Shown here: piece by piece, positions 27,184 to 40,109 of the stretch
Layout: each line of letters opens with the position of its first letter
How positions within the stretch are numbered: the stretch's first letter is position 1
Assembly (NCBI RefSeq): GCF_006345805.1
Contig: NC_043001.1
Coordinates: forward strand, 59,396,001-59,460,000
DNA: 64,000 nt
Direction of reading: 5' to 3'
From: Octopus sinensis
Lineage: Eukaryota
The notes under the pieces: generated by a model
The model's input: the letters and a program-made list of their open reading frames with translations, nothing else
What the model was told of the DNA's origin: nothing
Databases searched by the model: none
Position numbers and translations under genes: made by a program

Positions 27184-27331
27184 CTAGATGCGACTGCATT
27201 GCTAGAAATAAGAGGTAAAATGATCTATTGTTGTAGTCAAAGCACATAAATGTATATACGTGTAGAATTACGTGTTAGACTACAGCATTAGACCACTATA
27301 AGTCTTATTTCCAGCAGTGTAGTTGTTTCTA
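27184..27331. mobile_element. Small palindromic MITE-like element
   Basis: Left gactgcattgctagaaataagaggtaaaatgatctattgttgtagtc pairs with the reverse complement of gactacagcattagaccactataagtcttatttccagcagtgtagtt. Confidence 0.6.
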
Positions 27332-28075
27332 ACATCCTAGACGCATTTAGTATACATATGTATTTATGTATACATACATACACTTATATTCATATACACG
27401 TGTGTATGTGTGTGCGCGTGTGCATGCGTAAATGCGCTCAGACGCATAAAGCTAACTTCAGGAGGTAACAGTGAAAGAGATTTGTGACAACGTATATCCT
27501 GCCTTATTGGACAGCCGGATGGGCAGTGACCCCGTTTTAGTCCGGTGCTTCCTGGTGCTTCACATTGAGGGAAGCGCAAAGTTAGTAGCAGTGGTAGTAA
27601 GGGTGGTTATCGATGGTAGTGAATGCAGTGGTAGTAGTCGGTGATGGTATTGTCAACATAGGCGTAACTAGTGATGGCGGTGAATGTCGTGGTATACGTC
27701 GGTGTGTGAGTCTGTAGTAGTCGTTGACGGGCTGTCAGCAGCAGCGCTGCACATCATAACTGGCAACAGCAGTGGTGGAAGCTATGCTGGCAGCAATTTA
27801 GGTGCTGGTAGGAAACAATGCCAGTCATCATCGGATTGATGAAGGTACTGATCATAGACACAGCGATCAAGGGGGAAGTTGGTAATACATTTACTGGATG
27901 TCACCGACACAACAACGATAAACTATTGATTTTGGGGGTTAAGTCGGTGGATAAGTAAGGATTCTTAGATAAAGAGATTTCCACTATTCCTCTCCGAAGC
28001 CAGTATGGAAGCGCATGCAAGAAATTATTAGTAACACTTTCTTTAAATTTTACATAAAATAATGTTCGCACGCAC

Positions 28076-28110
<35 letters not shown>

Positions 28111-28290
28111 CACACACACAAACATATATGTGTGTGTGTGTGTGTGTGTGTTTCTGAGTGTATATTTGAACAATTTGGAGTCATTTATGGATACACACAC
28201 TATAGATGCTCCAACGCAAATCTGGCAGTAGGTATGATTCTACTACTGGATAGCATCGGGTATATTCTGAAGGTGGGTGAGCTTTATACT

Positions 28291-28355
<65 letters not shown>

Positions 28356-28425
28356 TGTATATATGCACTAGCAGAGATACCCAGCCTTGGTCGAAAATAA
28401 AATGGCATGTTTTTTTTATTGTTCC

Positions 28426-28655
28426 GCTTATTTCAATCATGAGACTGCGGCCATGCTGGAACACTGCCGTTGGCCGAACAAATCAACCACACGATTTAAT
28501 TTTGTAAGCCTAGTATTTATTCTATCAGTGTCTTCTGCCGAACCGCTACTTTATGGGTACGTAAACACAGCAAGATTGGTTCTCAAGCAATAGTGGGAGT
28601 GCAAACGCAGACACACAGACGCACACTCACAAATATACACATATATACGACAGTA
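28426..28655 (-). mobile_element. SINE 3' half (family of 736..1152)
   Basis: gactgcggccatgctggaacactgcc...gccgaaccgcta...tatatacgacag. Confidence 0.8.
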
Positions 28656-28699
28656 GGTGACGTCCTGTAGCCATATATGCATATATATATATATTATAT

Positions 28700-28750
<51 letters not shown>

Positions 28751-29099
28751 CTATATGTATATGTATGTATGTATATATGTATATATATATATTATTTATA
28801 TCATTATTGGAATTTAAATCCTAATCTCTATAGAAATTGTCTCAAGGAATTATTGAATTTGAATTACTTTTAATTCTTATGATTATATATAAGATATCGG
28901 GCACTAAGTTGTGAGTTGAGTCAGGCACGTGTGAACGATATCTAGAGAACTTCTGCCCCGAATCGCATTTTTTGACACAGGGTACCTCTAAAACGGCAGC
29001 CAGAAATTAAATCAGCTTGCAAATACACGTTCTCTTTACTAAATTCATACTCGGGCTTAACACGAACAGGCTGAGTGGTGGAATCACCACTGATAAGTA

Positions 29100-29151
29100 C
29101 GTACACATATACAACATACATACATACATATAAATATTATATATATGTATC

Positions 29152-29182
<31 letters not shown>

Positions 29183-29281
29183 CTATCCACCTATCTATAT
29201 ATCTATATATATATATGTATATATATGCATATATATATATACATATATATATATACATATATATATATATTATATATATAT

Positions 29282-29353
<72 letters not shown>

Positions 29354-29480
29354 TATATACGTATATACATATATCTGTATATATACATATATATATATAC
29401 ATATACCTGTATATATATATACACATATATAATGATGCACATATATATATTTATATGTATGTATGTATGAATATATATAC
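29100..29480 (+). repeat. (TA)n/(TCTA)n compound microsatellite
   Basis: Direct reading; produces the YIYI part of the 241-aa ORF. Confidence 0.95.
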
Positions 29481-29696
29481 ATATATTCAAAATGTAACCA
29501 CATGTGGATCGTTGGCGATTTTTTCTTCCATCTTCCATTTCTCTTGGACTTTTCTCTGTCTTCTATTTCTGAAAAAGAGCTTTGCTCGAAAGGTAAAACT
29601 ACTTTGCATACGTCTTCTAATACTTTGCATATACCACATAATCACGTTGTTGATTTTTTTGTTTTTTCATCTTTTTGCGGGGATTAAATATATATA

Positions 29697-30245
29697 TTTC
29701 GACGGATCCTTGGCATCTCCTGGAAGGACCGAGTACCAAACGGAGTCATCCTGGAACAGACTATTATGCCAAGCATGTATGCCCTCCTCGTGCGGAGACG
29801 ACTGCGCTGGCTCGGACACGTCTGCCGCATGCAGGACGGTCGCATGCCTAAAGACATCCTGTACAGCGAACTCACCACGGGATCCCGACCCAAGTGACGT
29901 CCACAGCTACGATACAGGGACGTGTGCAAGCGCGACCTGAGGACTGCCAACATCTGTGTGGACACGTTGGAGGAAACAGCTGCTGACCTCTCTGCCTGGC
30001 GTCGGACGGTGAGGAAAGGCGTTTCAATGGCTGAGGAGAGGAGAGCACAGCTGTGGTTGGACAGGCGGGACAGGAGGAGGACAACTGCAGCAACACCCCA
30101 CACGTACCCATCGATGTTCGTGTGCAGCAAATGTACCAAGGTCTGCCACTCTAGAATTGGACTGTTCAGTCACAGCAGACGCTGCACATCATCAAAGTAG
30201 GCCCCACCCTTGGCGCAACCCATTGTCTATCAAGACAGACGGGGA
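29697..30245 (+). mobile_element. RTE (BovB-like) LINE 3' end, 5'-truncated
   Basis: [46 protein letters not shown]...[23 protein letters not shown] plus short 3' UTR. Confidence 0.92.
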
Positions 30246-30286
30246 AATATATATATATATATATACAGATATATATATATATACAT

Positions 30287-30400
<114 letters not shown>

Positions 30401-30411
30401 ATATATATATA

Positions 30412-31890
30412 CTAGCTGACGTACCCGGCAATTCCCGGAAAAGCGGAATTTATCCCTTGGTTCTGTACTCTTAATTGTTTCGTTAATCCAATAACAACAA
30501 TACAAAGCATGTAACCCTTAAAACGAGTTTTTTGTGCATTAACAGAGTATACCGAACTGTCTGACACAGCATGCTATTTTTAGGAAATCCCAATAAGTTA
30601 TGAATACCCATATTGTGACGTCAGCTATGTAATAACATGAAATTAGTTACCCGATAGTAAGAATTCAAATAAAGCAGCCCCGAAAAAGGCTTTAATGCCT
30701 CCCAGAGAACATATAAATTATGTATACCAAAATCGTGAAGCATGTTACGTAATAACAGGGTAATCAGATATGAGATAATGACAATTCGAAGTACTTAACT
30801 CTGAAAAGGGCTTTTGTGCCTTCCCAGAGATTATTACCCCCAGGCTGCTAGTGTTGAAATAGATTTACAGTGAATGTAGTAATAGACTGACATTTAGTTT
30901 TACATTAGACATACAAATAAATTTGCATATAGAGTTAAAGATAAAATAACACATAGATTATCAATACATTTACAACACAGCTATCCATATGACTTAAGAA
31001 AATGTTCCTACATTTAAACAGCATGTGAATTGTATGAATAAAGTGCAGATTGCAATTTTATTGACAGATAAATGGTGATTTCTACCTACATGTGTGGTTG
31101 GTTGTTACATAGAGTACATCGTTACATATCATTAACACATCTATCATTATAAATTAAGAAGGTGTTCCTACATGTAAACAGGGTGTGACTTTTGTGATCA
31201 CAGTGCATTTGTCTAAAAGCAGAGCAGTTCTTCATGCAGCGCTTGTCAATTGGCTGAAGTGACATGAAAGACAACGTCCTTCATAGTATATTCATGTATA
31301 AGTCACTAACCGAAATAAGTGGATTTATTGTTGACCGCTTTTGTCGCAGTTTTCGTGTGCGCACAGGTCGAGAACTCAGATTTTATCTTTTTTCAGAAAG
31401 TGCTCCTGCATGTAAACAGCGTGTGACTTTTATGACAGAGCAATTGACCAGCGGGCGGAATGAAAAATAAGGGATTTTAAACGGGTTATTTCCCCTTCGT
31501 CGTTATATAAAAGTAAAGGGTACATCTTAAGAAAGCATCAACAGAGCTAACAATATGAATTAAGAAAATGTTCCTGCATGTAAACGGCATGTGTACTGTA
31601 TGAGGACAGTGCAGATTACAATTATATTGATAGATAAAGGGCGATTTCTGTTTACTTGTGTGGTTGGAGTGCATCGTTGCAAAACATCAACACATCTATC
31701 AATATAAATTAAGAAGGTGTTCCTAAATGTAAACAGGGTGTGTCGTTTGTGTCGTTTGTGATGCATTTGTCTAAAAACAGAACAGTTCTTTATGTAGCGT
31801 TTGTCAATTGGCTGAAGTGACATGAAAGGCATCGTCATTCATAGTATATTCGTGAATAAGTCACTAACTGAAATGAGTGGATCTATTGTT
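30412..31890 (-). mobile_element. Probable non-autonomous Helitron with internal repeats (5' end not located)
   Basis: Minus-strand 3' end ccgggaattgccgggtacgtcagCTAG|T resembles the 4211 family terminus; internal duplication 30994..31332 vs 31560..31890. Confidence 0.5.
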
Positions 31891-32337
31891 TAGGAAAATA
31901 CTTTTTATTTGTTTAATTGTTGTACTGATAAATTGCGAAAATAAGTCTAACAGTTCAAATACTAAGGAATAAACATAATCCACTTGATTATACCAGATAC
32001 AGTCACATGCTTGTCTTACAATTTCTTGTGAGAAATCCACGTAATGTAAAATGCTTCTTTAATAAATCGAGAAGTATTTATTATACATTTCTTCATTTAT
32101 TATACATAGGAAAATGAATGGGTTATTTCGCTTGGTGGGTAATGGTTATGTATATGGATCCCTTCTAGGGGCCGTAGGCATCCAATTATAGATTTGTATT
32201 AATCTTCAATGCGCTTAGTAAGAAATTGGATGCTACTTTAGCATGTTTGCAAAGTTTCTCGAAAATTCGTTAACAGGTGTAGGCGGTAACTTGAGACAGA
32301 CAACTTGCTTTTATATATGTAAAAGATATGTGCTTGT

Positions 32338-32389
<52 letters not shown>

Positions 32390-32435
32390 TCTGTCTGCCT
32401 GTCTGTGTCTGTGTCTGTGTGTAGTTCAAATATAT

Positions 32436-33017
32436 AGAAAATCAAAGACGAAGACAGGGTAGGGACAACAAGAAATTATATTAGTTTTACACTCGGAAAT
32501 ATGGAAAAGTGTTTTACGTTTCAAGTCTATGTTCTTTGACAGAAATTTATAACATCAAATAAATAGGGGTAATGAAAAAGAATATGTTTAGTTCAGTGGT
32601 CCAACATGTTGACGACTGGGGAAAAAAGTGTTTGAATGAAAGGGAGACAATAATAAAAATAAGCTGAATAAAGTGGAGATAATTCATGGTGATCCCAACA
32701 AAAGGAGTTGCACAAACGTGTGTGTGCATGTAAGAATGGTGTATGTGTGTGAGTGTGTAAGTGTATATGGGCGATAGTGGACGCAGTGAGCTTCACATGT
32801 ATGTGTGTGTGCATGTGTAACGTGTGTGTGTTTGTGTGTTCTATATAGCATTTGACGTGTGCCTTTTAACGTGGTGTTTAATTTCTGTTCACGCCGAAGC
32901 CGTGAGTCCAGGTCGCCCCTATGCAGATACAGTCCGAACACAAACATATGTTGTAGCGAATGACCGGTAGAGCGGAAATGGCGCGAGACTGGAGAGTCAT
33001 TGCCGAGTCCGTTGTCC
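32436..33017 (-). mobile_element. Penelope-like family C, short degraded 3' copy
   Basis: DSPVSRHFRSTGHSLQHMFVFGLYLHRGDLDSRLRREQKL plus a degenerate terminal repeat (ctgtcaaagaacatagacttgaaacgta). Confidence 0.8.
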
Positions 33018-33068
33018 ATATATATAGGTATATATGTATATCTGCATACATATAGCATATTTCTACAT

Positions 33069-33640
33069 ATCATCAGCATCATCTGGTCGTGCTTCCTCGG
33101 ACACTTTTAATCCACATATCCCATCCATCTCAGTCTTGCAATACGTGAGGGATGTCATCGGGGTTGTATACAACGTTTTTAGTGAATTGATCTACATACG
33201 TTGTATTCAGACGACCTGCTCGAGTACGGCTCTCATTTAGCATCCAAAGCAGTAGATCAAATGCCAGCTCTTGCGTCTTGGAAACAAGGAGGAGTTCTCC
33301 GTGTAGCTGTTTCTTGATGAGATGAATTTTCGAAGATATGTTTTAGACTACTCCTAACAATTGGGTGTAAATTCCATCTCTCTTGGACTCCAGTTTTTTT
33401 TTTGTTTGGTAAGCGTCCATATGAAAAATCTGACTCTACTGTTACGGAATAAACTCTTGAGAAAGTTGACCAACAGGTTTGATTTCTAGACAACATCCAG
33501 TTTGTTTAGATTCGAACATGATTTGGCCAACCGGGATTTACATGTTTTTTAGTTGGGGCTATCGCAAAACCGAGGTACGTTAAATCATCAGCTTTATTGA
33601 TAGGGTCACTGCTGATGTTGGCGATGGATCCTTGTTGATT
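33069..33640 (-). mobile_element. RTE-type LINE 3' remnant with (GAT)n tail
   Basis: ADDLTYLG, VYSVTVESDFSYG motifs; ends cgaggaagcacgaccagatgatgctgatgat. Confidence 0.6.
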
Positions 33641-33773
33641 GTGAGCAATGAACTTTATTTAACTTGGAGTAATAAGTAATCCAACATCATGGGCATCTAA
33701 TTCTAGAATATGAAGTCTGATATTGTGTCACAGATTGATATTGTGTGTATGTATGTGTGTATGTGTGTGTGTG

Positions 33774-34060
33774 TACGAGGTACATCCCAGAAGCTTTCAC
33801 GAAAGGCATTTATTTGTTTCAACGAAGCGCAAAATTCAAAGTAGGATCCCCAGACTTCAATGCAGCTGTTGTACCAATCCAACCACATCGTGAAGGCCTC
33901 ATAGTTGTCCTTCCGAATGTAGGTATCCAAGAGTTGTTACAGTCTACATCGTCTCAATTTCTTCAAAATGAGTGACCCTGAGGATCTCTTTCAGCTTGGG
34001 GAACAACCAAATGTCACAGAGAGCAATGCTTGGGCTGTAGGGAGAGTGATCGGCGTTTTG
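33774..34060 (-). mobile_element. Mariner transposase C-terminus plus TIR
   Basis: HSPYSPSIALCDIWLFPKLKE...AFTMWLDWYNSCIEVWGSYFE; TA|cgagg terminus. Confidence 0.85.
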
Positions 34061-34397
34061 ATGCCAATCTCTGACAACACACACAAAACAAAAGACATAA
34101 TGCACAAAAATACACTAACAAATTATTAGAAAATAAACAATGATACAGAAAAAATGGAGATACATCCTATGCAACACTGGTCGGTATTCTCTGTTAAAAA
34201 CTGATGAAGATCCAAGAATTTCGTGCATTTACGAAACTCTCAGCTTTTGATTGGCTATGATATTTCTGCCTATTAAAAATAAAGAATACATGTATTCATG
34301 TTTTGACTTCTATCTATCCTCTTTGAAATTCGAAAACATGTATAGACATAGCTTCCAAGTCTCATAGTTCTACATTTAGTCACACTCTGAACATTTT

Positions 34398-34734
34398 GGT
34401 CAAGTATTATCCATTATAGTCCTGGGTCAACTGAAGCCATATGAGATTTGGCAAACGAAACTGAATGATGTCCATCGTAAAAACATATTTTTGTGCGCGC
34501 ACGTGTATGTCTTTGTGTTCGTGTTTATACCCCGACCACCACTTGACAACCAGTGTTTGTTTATTTCCGTCTCTGTAATCTAGCAGTTCGGCCAAAAGTG
34601 ACAGATAGATTATGTACTAGGCTTTAAAACATATATGTACTGAAGTCGATTTGCTCGACAAAATCGCGAGGCTGTGCCGTGGCATGCCCACATTCCAAAG
34701 ACTGTAAAAGATAACACACACACAAACACACACA

Positions 34735-34765
<31 letters not shown>

Positions 34766-34910
34766 CACTCAAGCGTGCCCGTGTAATTAAGAAGTCCTCT
34801 TTGCAAGGAACTTGCTTGGGTCGAGTGCTACTGCATAGACAAGTTCTGTTATATCTGCAGATTACCCAATGCCTTGTGAGTGTATTTTTAAACGGAAACT
34901 GCGTGGGAGC
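34398..34910 (+). mobile_element. Degraded SINE (family of 736..1152) followed by a second SINE 5' half
   Basis: gatttggcaaacgaaactgaa...cttgacaaccagtg...gttcggccaaaag...gtcgatttgctcgac; second head at about 34780-34910. Confidence 0.7.
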
Positions 34911-35329
34911 TCATTGCATATTCATGTTTGTATGCGCGTGTGTGCGTATGTTAGTATTTTAATTTCTCCCCACCCCACTGTTGATAACCGTTGTTGGTTT
35001 CATTACATTCCCATAATTAGCGCTTCAGTAAAAAGAGAATGACTGAATAAGTAACAAGCATCAAGTAATAATCAGTGAGGGATATTTATCTCGTGTTTCG
35101 ATATTCAGTACGTATATAAGATATATCTAGTGACATAATCTCACATATATTTCATCAACATAAGCTGATGGTCGTTATATAACGCAAATACAAGCTAAGG
35201 ATTGAATCGTCTAAGACCTGTAACTTTCATATCGCAATTAACGGACTGAACAGATGAATGTTACCTTTTCAATGCAATGCTATCGGTTTCAAATTTTGGC
35301 AAAAGGCTGAAACTGAGGCTGCGTATCCT

Positions 35330-35684
35330 TCACACCAATATTCATCCCAATATCATTGAACAGGGCTTTAGGCTCAATCCATGGCTGGAGACGATTGTTG
35401 TTGGAAGGCATTACGCGTGGCAGTAGGATTCAGCTCTTGTTATACCACTGGAATGAGTCAGAAGTGGATGATTTCTTCGAAGTTCGCTTGCCCAAATTTC
35501 TGGCTTCCTAATTTCTCTGATTACTATGTGTGAGGTGCGGTTTCCTGCATCACCTTGGCCGAGGCTATTAAGTCTAATGAAGGTCTTTGAAGATTTTTCC
35601 CAGAGATACAGTGAGAACGCATGCACCAGGTTGCGTAGCCATCTTGCGGCCATGGTGAAAGCTGACGGTGGCTAGTTTGAGTAA
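35330..35684 (+). mobile_element. maT/DD37D-type transposase C-terminal remnant
   Basis: PWLETIVVGRHYAWQ*DSA, PNFWLPN, DYYV*GAV, ACTRLRSHLAAMVKADGG*FE*. Confidence 0.7.
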
Positions 35685-37378
35685 ATTGCTGTGTCCCAGC
35701 CGTAATCTCGTTAATATAATTTGCATTGTTAAATTCTTTTAAGTTTTAGATGTGACTGGTATTCTCCTCCGCAACATATATGCAGATGCTGATTTAATCT
35801 TCGTTTCCCGGTCAAAGTTAATTTAATGATTTTTCACATTTGTGAAATTATATTTTTCATAAATATATATTCCTATTTCTTTTTCAAAATCTATTTTGCT
35901 ATATAGATTCTCAGAGAACAAACAAAGTGATCATAAAAATTTGGATGTATTTAAGTCGGTCGTTTTCCTATTTTCTTATTTATGCAACATATAACGCCTG
36001 AGAGGATTTTCGAATGTGAATCAAACCTTGTATATTAATTAGCAGTTCTTTCACAATAATCGCAATCCTTTATATCAAAATAACGTTATATTCATTAAAA
36101 TATATTTGAGAAGTAACATTACCTGTTATTATTATCGCTCAGTATAATTTCGTGCTTTTGGTCATCAAGTGATCATTTTCTAGTATGCACATAACGACCA
36201 GTTTGGTTCTATTTTCTCCATTGTTCAAGTCGGTTCTAACTAAATTTTGTGTAGCATAAAAAGAAATGAAAGTCAATTGATACTGGAAAGAGAAAATGTG
36301 AAGAAAATGAAAAGGCAATGGTCGAATCGTTGATTACTTAGTCCCCCTGGGCACAACACTTGGGATATATGTTTATAGATCGGCAAAAGAAAAATACTTA
36401 TTTTCTCAAAGAAAGAGAATAGCAAGCCAATTGGGAAGGAATGAATAATCGAAATAAAGACCCAGTGCCAGTTCAAAGCCTTCGGTGTAGAATATGATAA
36501 ATGATATAATCAAAAGAACTATTTTGGACTAATGACATGTTAGTAAGAAAACGAATGGGTAGCGAGGTGAGTCTCATGCACTGAATGTACTGTAATTATA
36601 GGCAGCTATCTGTCAGATGGCTCTATTTTCGATACATCATCAGTTCTGCACAGTTGAGTGGAAGCTACACAGGAGAAATATTTGCCTAAAGGAATATAGG
36701 AAAAGCAAAGCGAAAGACAGAAAGACAGAAATAATTGAAGACCTTTTAAGACTAAATACCTTGACGTCTAAAAGTTGTTCTCTTCTAATAGTTCTAAACG
36801 TTAAAGAAGGCATATTTTGATGAGAACGTTATGAGTTTCTATGTGAATACATAGAAGTAGGTGTGTTCAAATATTTGCGAAGGTTAGTGGTGTTCCGAAT
36901 ATCACACACAAAAACCCAGACATATCACACACTAACAAACATCCACACAAACACACACACACACACACGCACAAACACAAGCGTGAGCAGTGTGTGTGTA
37001 TGTACTATGTACGTATGACGAGCAAATTCAGTATTAGCTGTAATTTTGAATAGATGTTCCTTCAAATATTGAATTTGACTGGTTGTGTTTGAAAATTCGT
37101 TGTAGCCATTGGATTTTAGTCATAATGCAGTTTTCTTCAAGGGGGTTAGAGCAATATATCGACTTCAGTTATTATTTCTCTCTGGTTGTCTTTTCTTCAA
37201 ATGGTGTTTTATCAATCGCAGAAATATTGAATGAAATAATGAGATATATATATATATATATTGGCCTGTTCGCTTAGCCAGTGGAGTAGCGTCATTTGAA
37301 GGCTAAAACAATGCGAAGCGCATTGTGACCAGCGACATGTAGCAACATCTGATAGCCTGGTCGGTCACGTGATCACGT

Positions 37379-37424
<46 letters not shown>

Positions 37425-37720
37425 ATATATATATAGCTATACTAAATCTCTGACCGACATGTAAACAGTAGCAATACGGAATCGTAACATATAATTGCCA
37501 ACCAAGTGTGGTGTCCTATACGGAACAGCGCTTATAGCCCCAGGAAGATATCTTCCTCGGGCTATAAACACCAGTATAGGACGCCATATTCGGTTGGTTA
37601 TTATATATATATATATATTATTTGAGTGTGTGTGTGTGTGTGTGTTTATATACACAGGCAATATGTCTTTATACATATCTATATACATCTATATATCTAT
37701 CTCTCTCTCTATATATATTT

Positions 37721-37792
<72 letters not shown>

Positions 37793-37806
37793 TATATATA
37801 CATATC

Positions 37807-37863
<57 letters not shown>

Positions 37864-37877
37864 CATATCTATATCTA

Positions 37878-37926
<49 letters not shown>

Positions 37927-38139
37927 ATATATATAGATGTATATACATAATATACTTTCTTACACACGAATTCGCGCGCACATATATATATGCATGATGG
38001 ATGGAATTTCGCATAGTGTCCCTCAAATGCATTCCATTCAAAGGCATTGTGGTATATTCAAGTCTAATTTAGATCTCACTTATTCAAACTTGTGGAATCG
38101 AAACCGTAAACCTAGTCATATATTAAAAGATTAAGTTCT

Positions 38140-38750
38140 TTAGCGTATCTTGACTGGACATTTAGAGAATAACTTCCATAACAACACCAACCGAAATGAG
38201 AGAATACTGAGGGACACCTGCTGGAGGCGAACTTGATGGCAGTCGACACAAAGTTTAGGAAGAATCCAGGTAAAATAAGGATCTTCATTTATGATATGCA
38301 GCTGTCCAAGTCATATATTGAGTTCATTCTGGTGTGGAAGAATTGGCGGAATAGTGTTATGAACACAGAACTATGCAACTATTTCAGTATACTGGGCAGT
38401 GACCACCGAATTGTTATAAAATCCACGTAAGCTTAAGAAAGAGTACGGCTCAACCCCAGAGAACAATATATGACTGGGGATCTTTCAAGGAAGATGATAA
38501 GCTACAGTAGAAGTACACAGTAGAGGAGATACTGGAGGAAGTGAGGAGAGTGTGTCTTGTGGTACGATTACTTCACCAAAGCATTAGTAGAAGCAAGTGG
38601 GGTTCTGAGGAGAGAGAAGAGAAGGAACATCAGCTCTGCTGACCCCGAAGTGTGTACAGCTAGAGAACATCTGAAAGCTGCCAAGGACCTATTACTTGCT
38701 GATCCTGCTGAGGAGAGGAAAGAGAATTTGGAGGGGATGACGGAAGATAG
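38140..38750 (+). mobile_element. RTE-type LINE endonuclease/linker remnant
   Basis: LMAVDTKFRKNPGK...IEFILVWKNWRNSVMNTE...LGSDHRIV (AP-endonuclease C-terminal SDH motif). Confidence 0.75.
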
Positions 38751-38757
38751 ATAGATT

Positions 38758-38793
<36 letters not shown>

Positions 38794-38821
38794 TAGATAG
38801 ATAGATAGATGATAGATAGAT

Positions 38822-38885
<64 letters not shown>

Positions 38886-38908
38886 ATATATATAATATAT
38901 ATATATAT

Positions 38909-38990
<82 letters not shown>
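38750..38990 (+). repeat. (GATA)n-(TA)n-(GATA)n microsatellite
   Basis: Direct reading. Confidence 0.95.
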
Positions 38991-39721
38991 TTAGAGAATA
39001 TGTTTCTCGAAATGAGGGGCATATCAAATCATTTTCACAAAATTATAACATATATGTCCATTTGACATGGATCTATCCAAATGTGAAAGCATGAAAATTA
39101 ACTAAGGATTTTCAAGAAAATATTGCCGCCCAATTCTCTTGTGACATAGCCGCCAAATTCTCTCTCAGATAGGCGCTAAATAATTATAATTAGCTAAAAT
39201 ATGTTGAGAATTCTTAATCTTTCAAAATTCTATTCATATCTATACTGCATTTCATGAAAATTAAAATCTCTCCAAAAATATGAATGTTGTATACAACCCC
39301 GGAAGAAAGGAAAGCATCATTTAAATTCAGAACTTAAAACGAAGTAACTGCGTACAGCAATATATTTGTTCTTTTGTCTCATTATCGATTCTGCTAATCA
39401 ACCACTCTTAAGTAAATGCTAAACATCAATTGTATCTACAAAGGACTAGCACAGTTACAGTTACAGGCAGAGAGAAAATGTCAGCAGAAGGAACATTATG
39501 CATTACAGCCAGCAAGAACAGTAAATCGCAAAAGAGAAACGAAATAAAATTTACAAAAAGAAATATGAATATACAAGGTTAACTTAATGCGATACAGTAT
39601 AATGAAGTGTTTCGATGTCGTCTCATTTTATGCCGGGTATATGCAGAAATTAATGTAAACCGGGAAGACAGTAAGTCTTTTATACGTGTGGTTTTGTGTG
39701 TGTGTCTCTCACTCGCTATAT

Positions 39722-39875
39722 CTATATACACGGCGGGATTCTTTCAGTTTCCGACTACCAGATCCACTCACAAGATTTTGGTTGCCCCGGCAATTGTAGG
39801 CAATTGACCAAGATGCCACGCTGTGAGACTGAAGCTGCGAGCATGTCGTTGGGAAGCTAAACTCTTACCACAGAT
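39722..39875 (-). mobile_element. SINE 5' half (family of 736..1152)
   Basis: ttctttcagtttccgactaccagatccactcacaag...ccaagatgccacgctg...cttaccacag. Confidence 0.8.
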
Positions 39876-39948
39876 GGGACCTGAGAGAAACTTATGAATC
39901 TATATGTTTGTGTGTGTGTTTACACACACATATATGTATACACATATC

Positions 39949-40028
<80 letters not shown>

Positions 40029-40043
40029 CTATATATATATATC

Positions 40044-40078
<35 letters not shown>

Positions 40079-40109
40079 AAGGGTGAAAAGGAACACACGA
40101 GTTGATATA

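Noticed and set aside
27430-27910. GC-richer stretch that looked exon-like
   Set aside because: Mostly cryptic GGT/AGT/GCA trinucleotide low complexity; no recognisable peptide or paired splice sites
29215-29940. 241-aa ORF, and the many other YIYI/MYVC/SLSL/poly-residue ORFs in the track
   Set aside because: Read-through of (TA)n and other microsatellites; here it runs into an RTE fragment in a non-RT frame. Not genes
30994-31890. CRISPR-like appearance (five motif copies with spacers)
   Set aside because: Spacers are 150-245 bp and homologous to each other (segmental duplication); eukaryotic context; no cas genes
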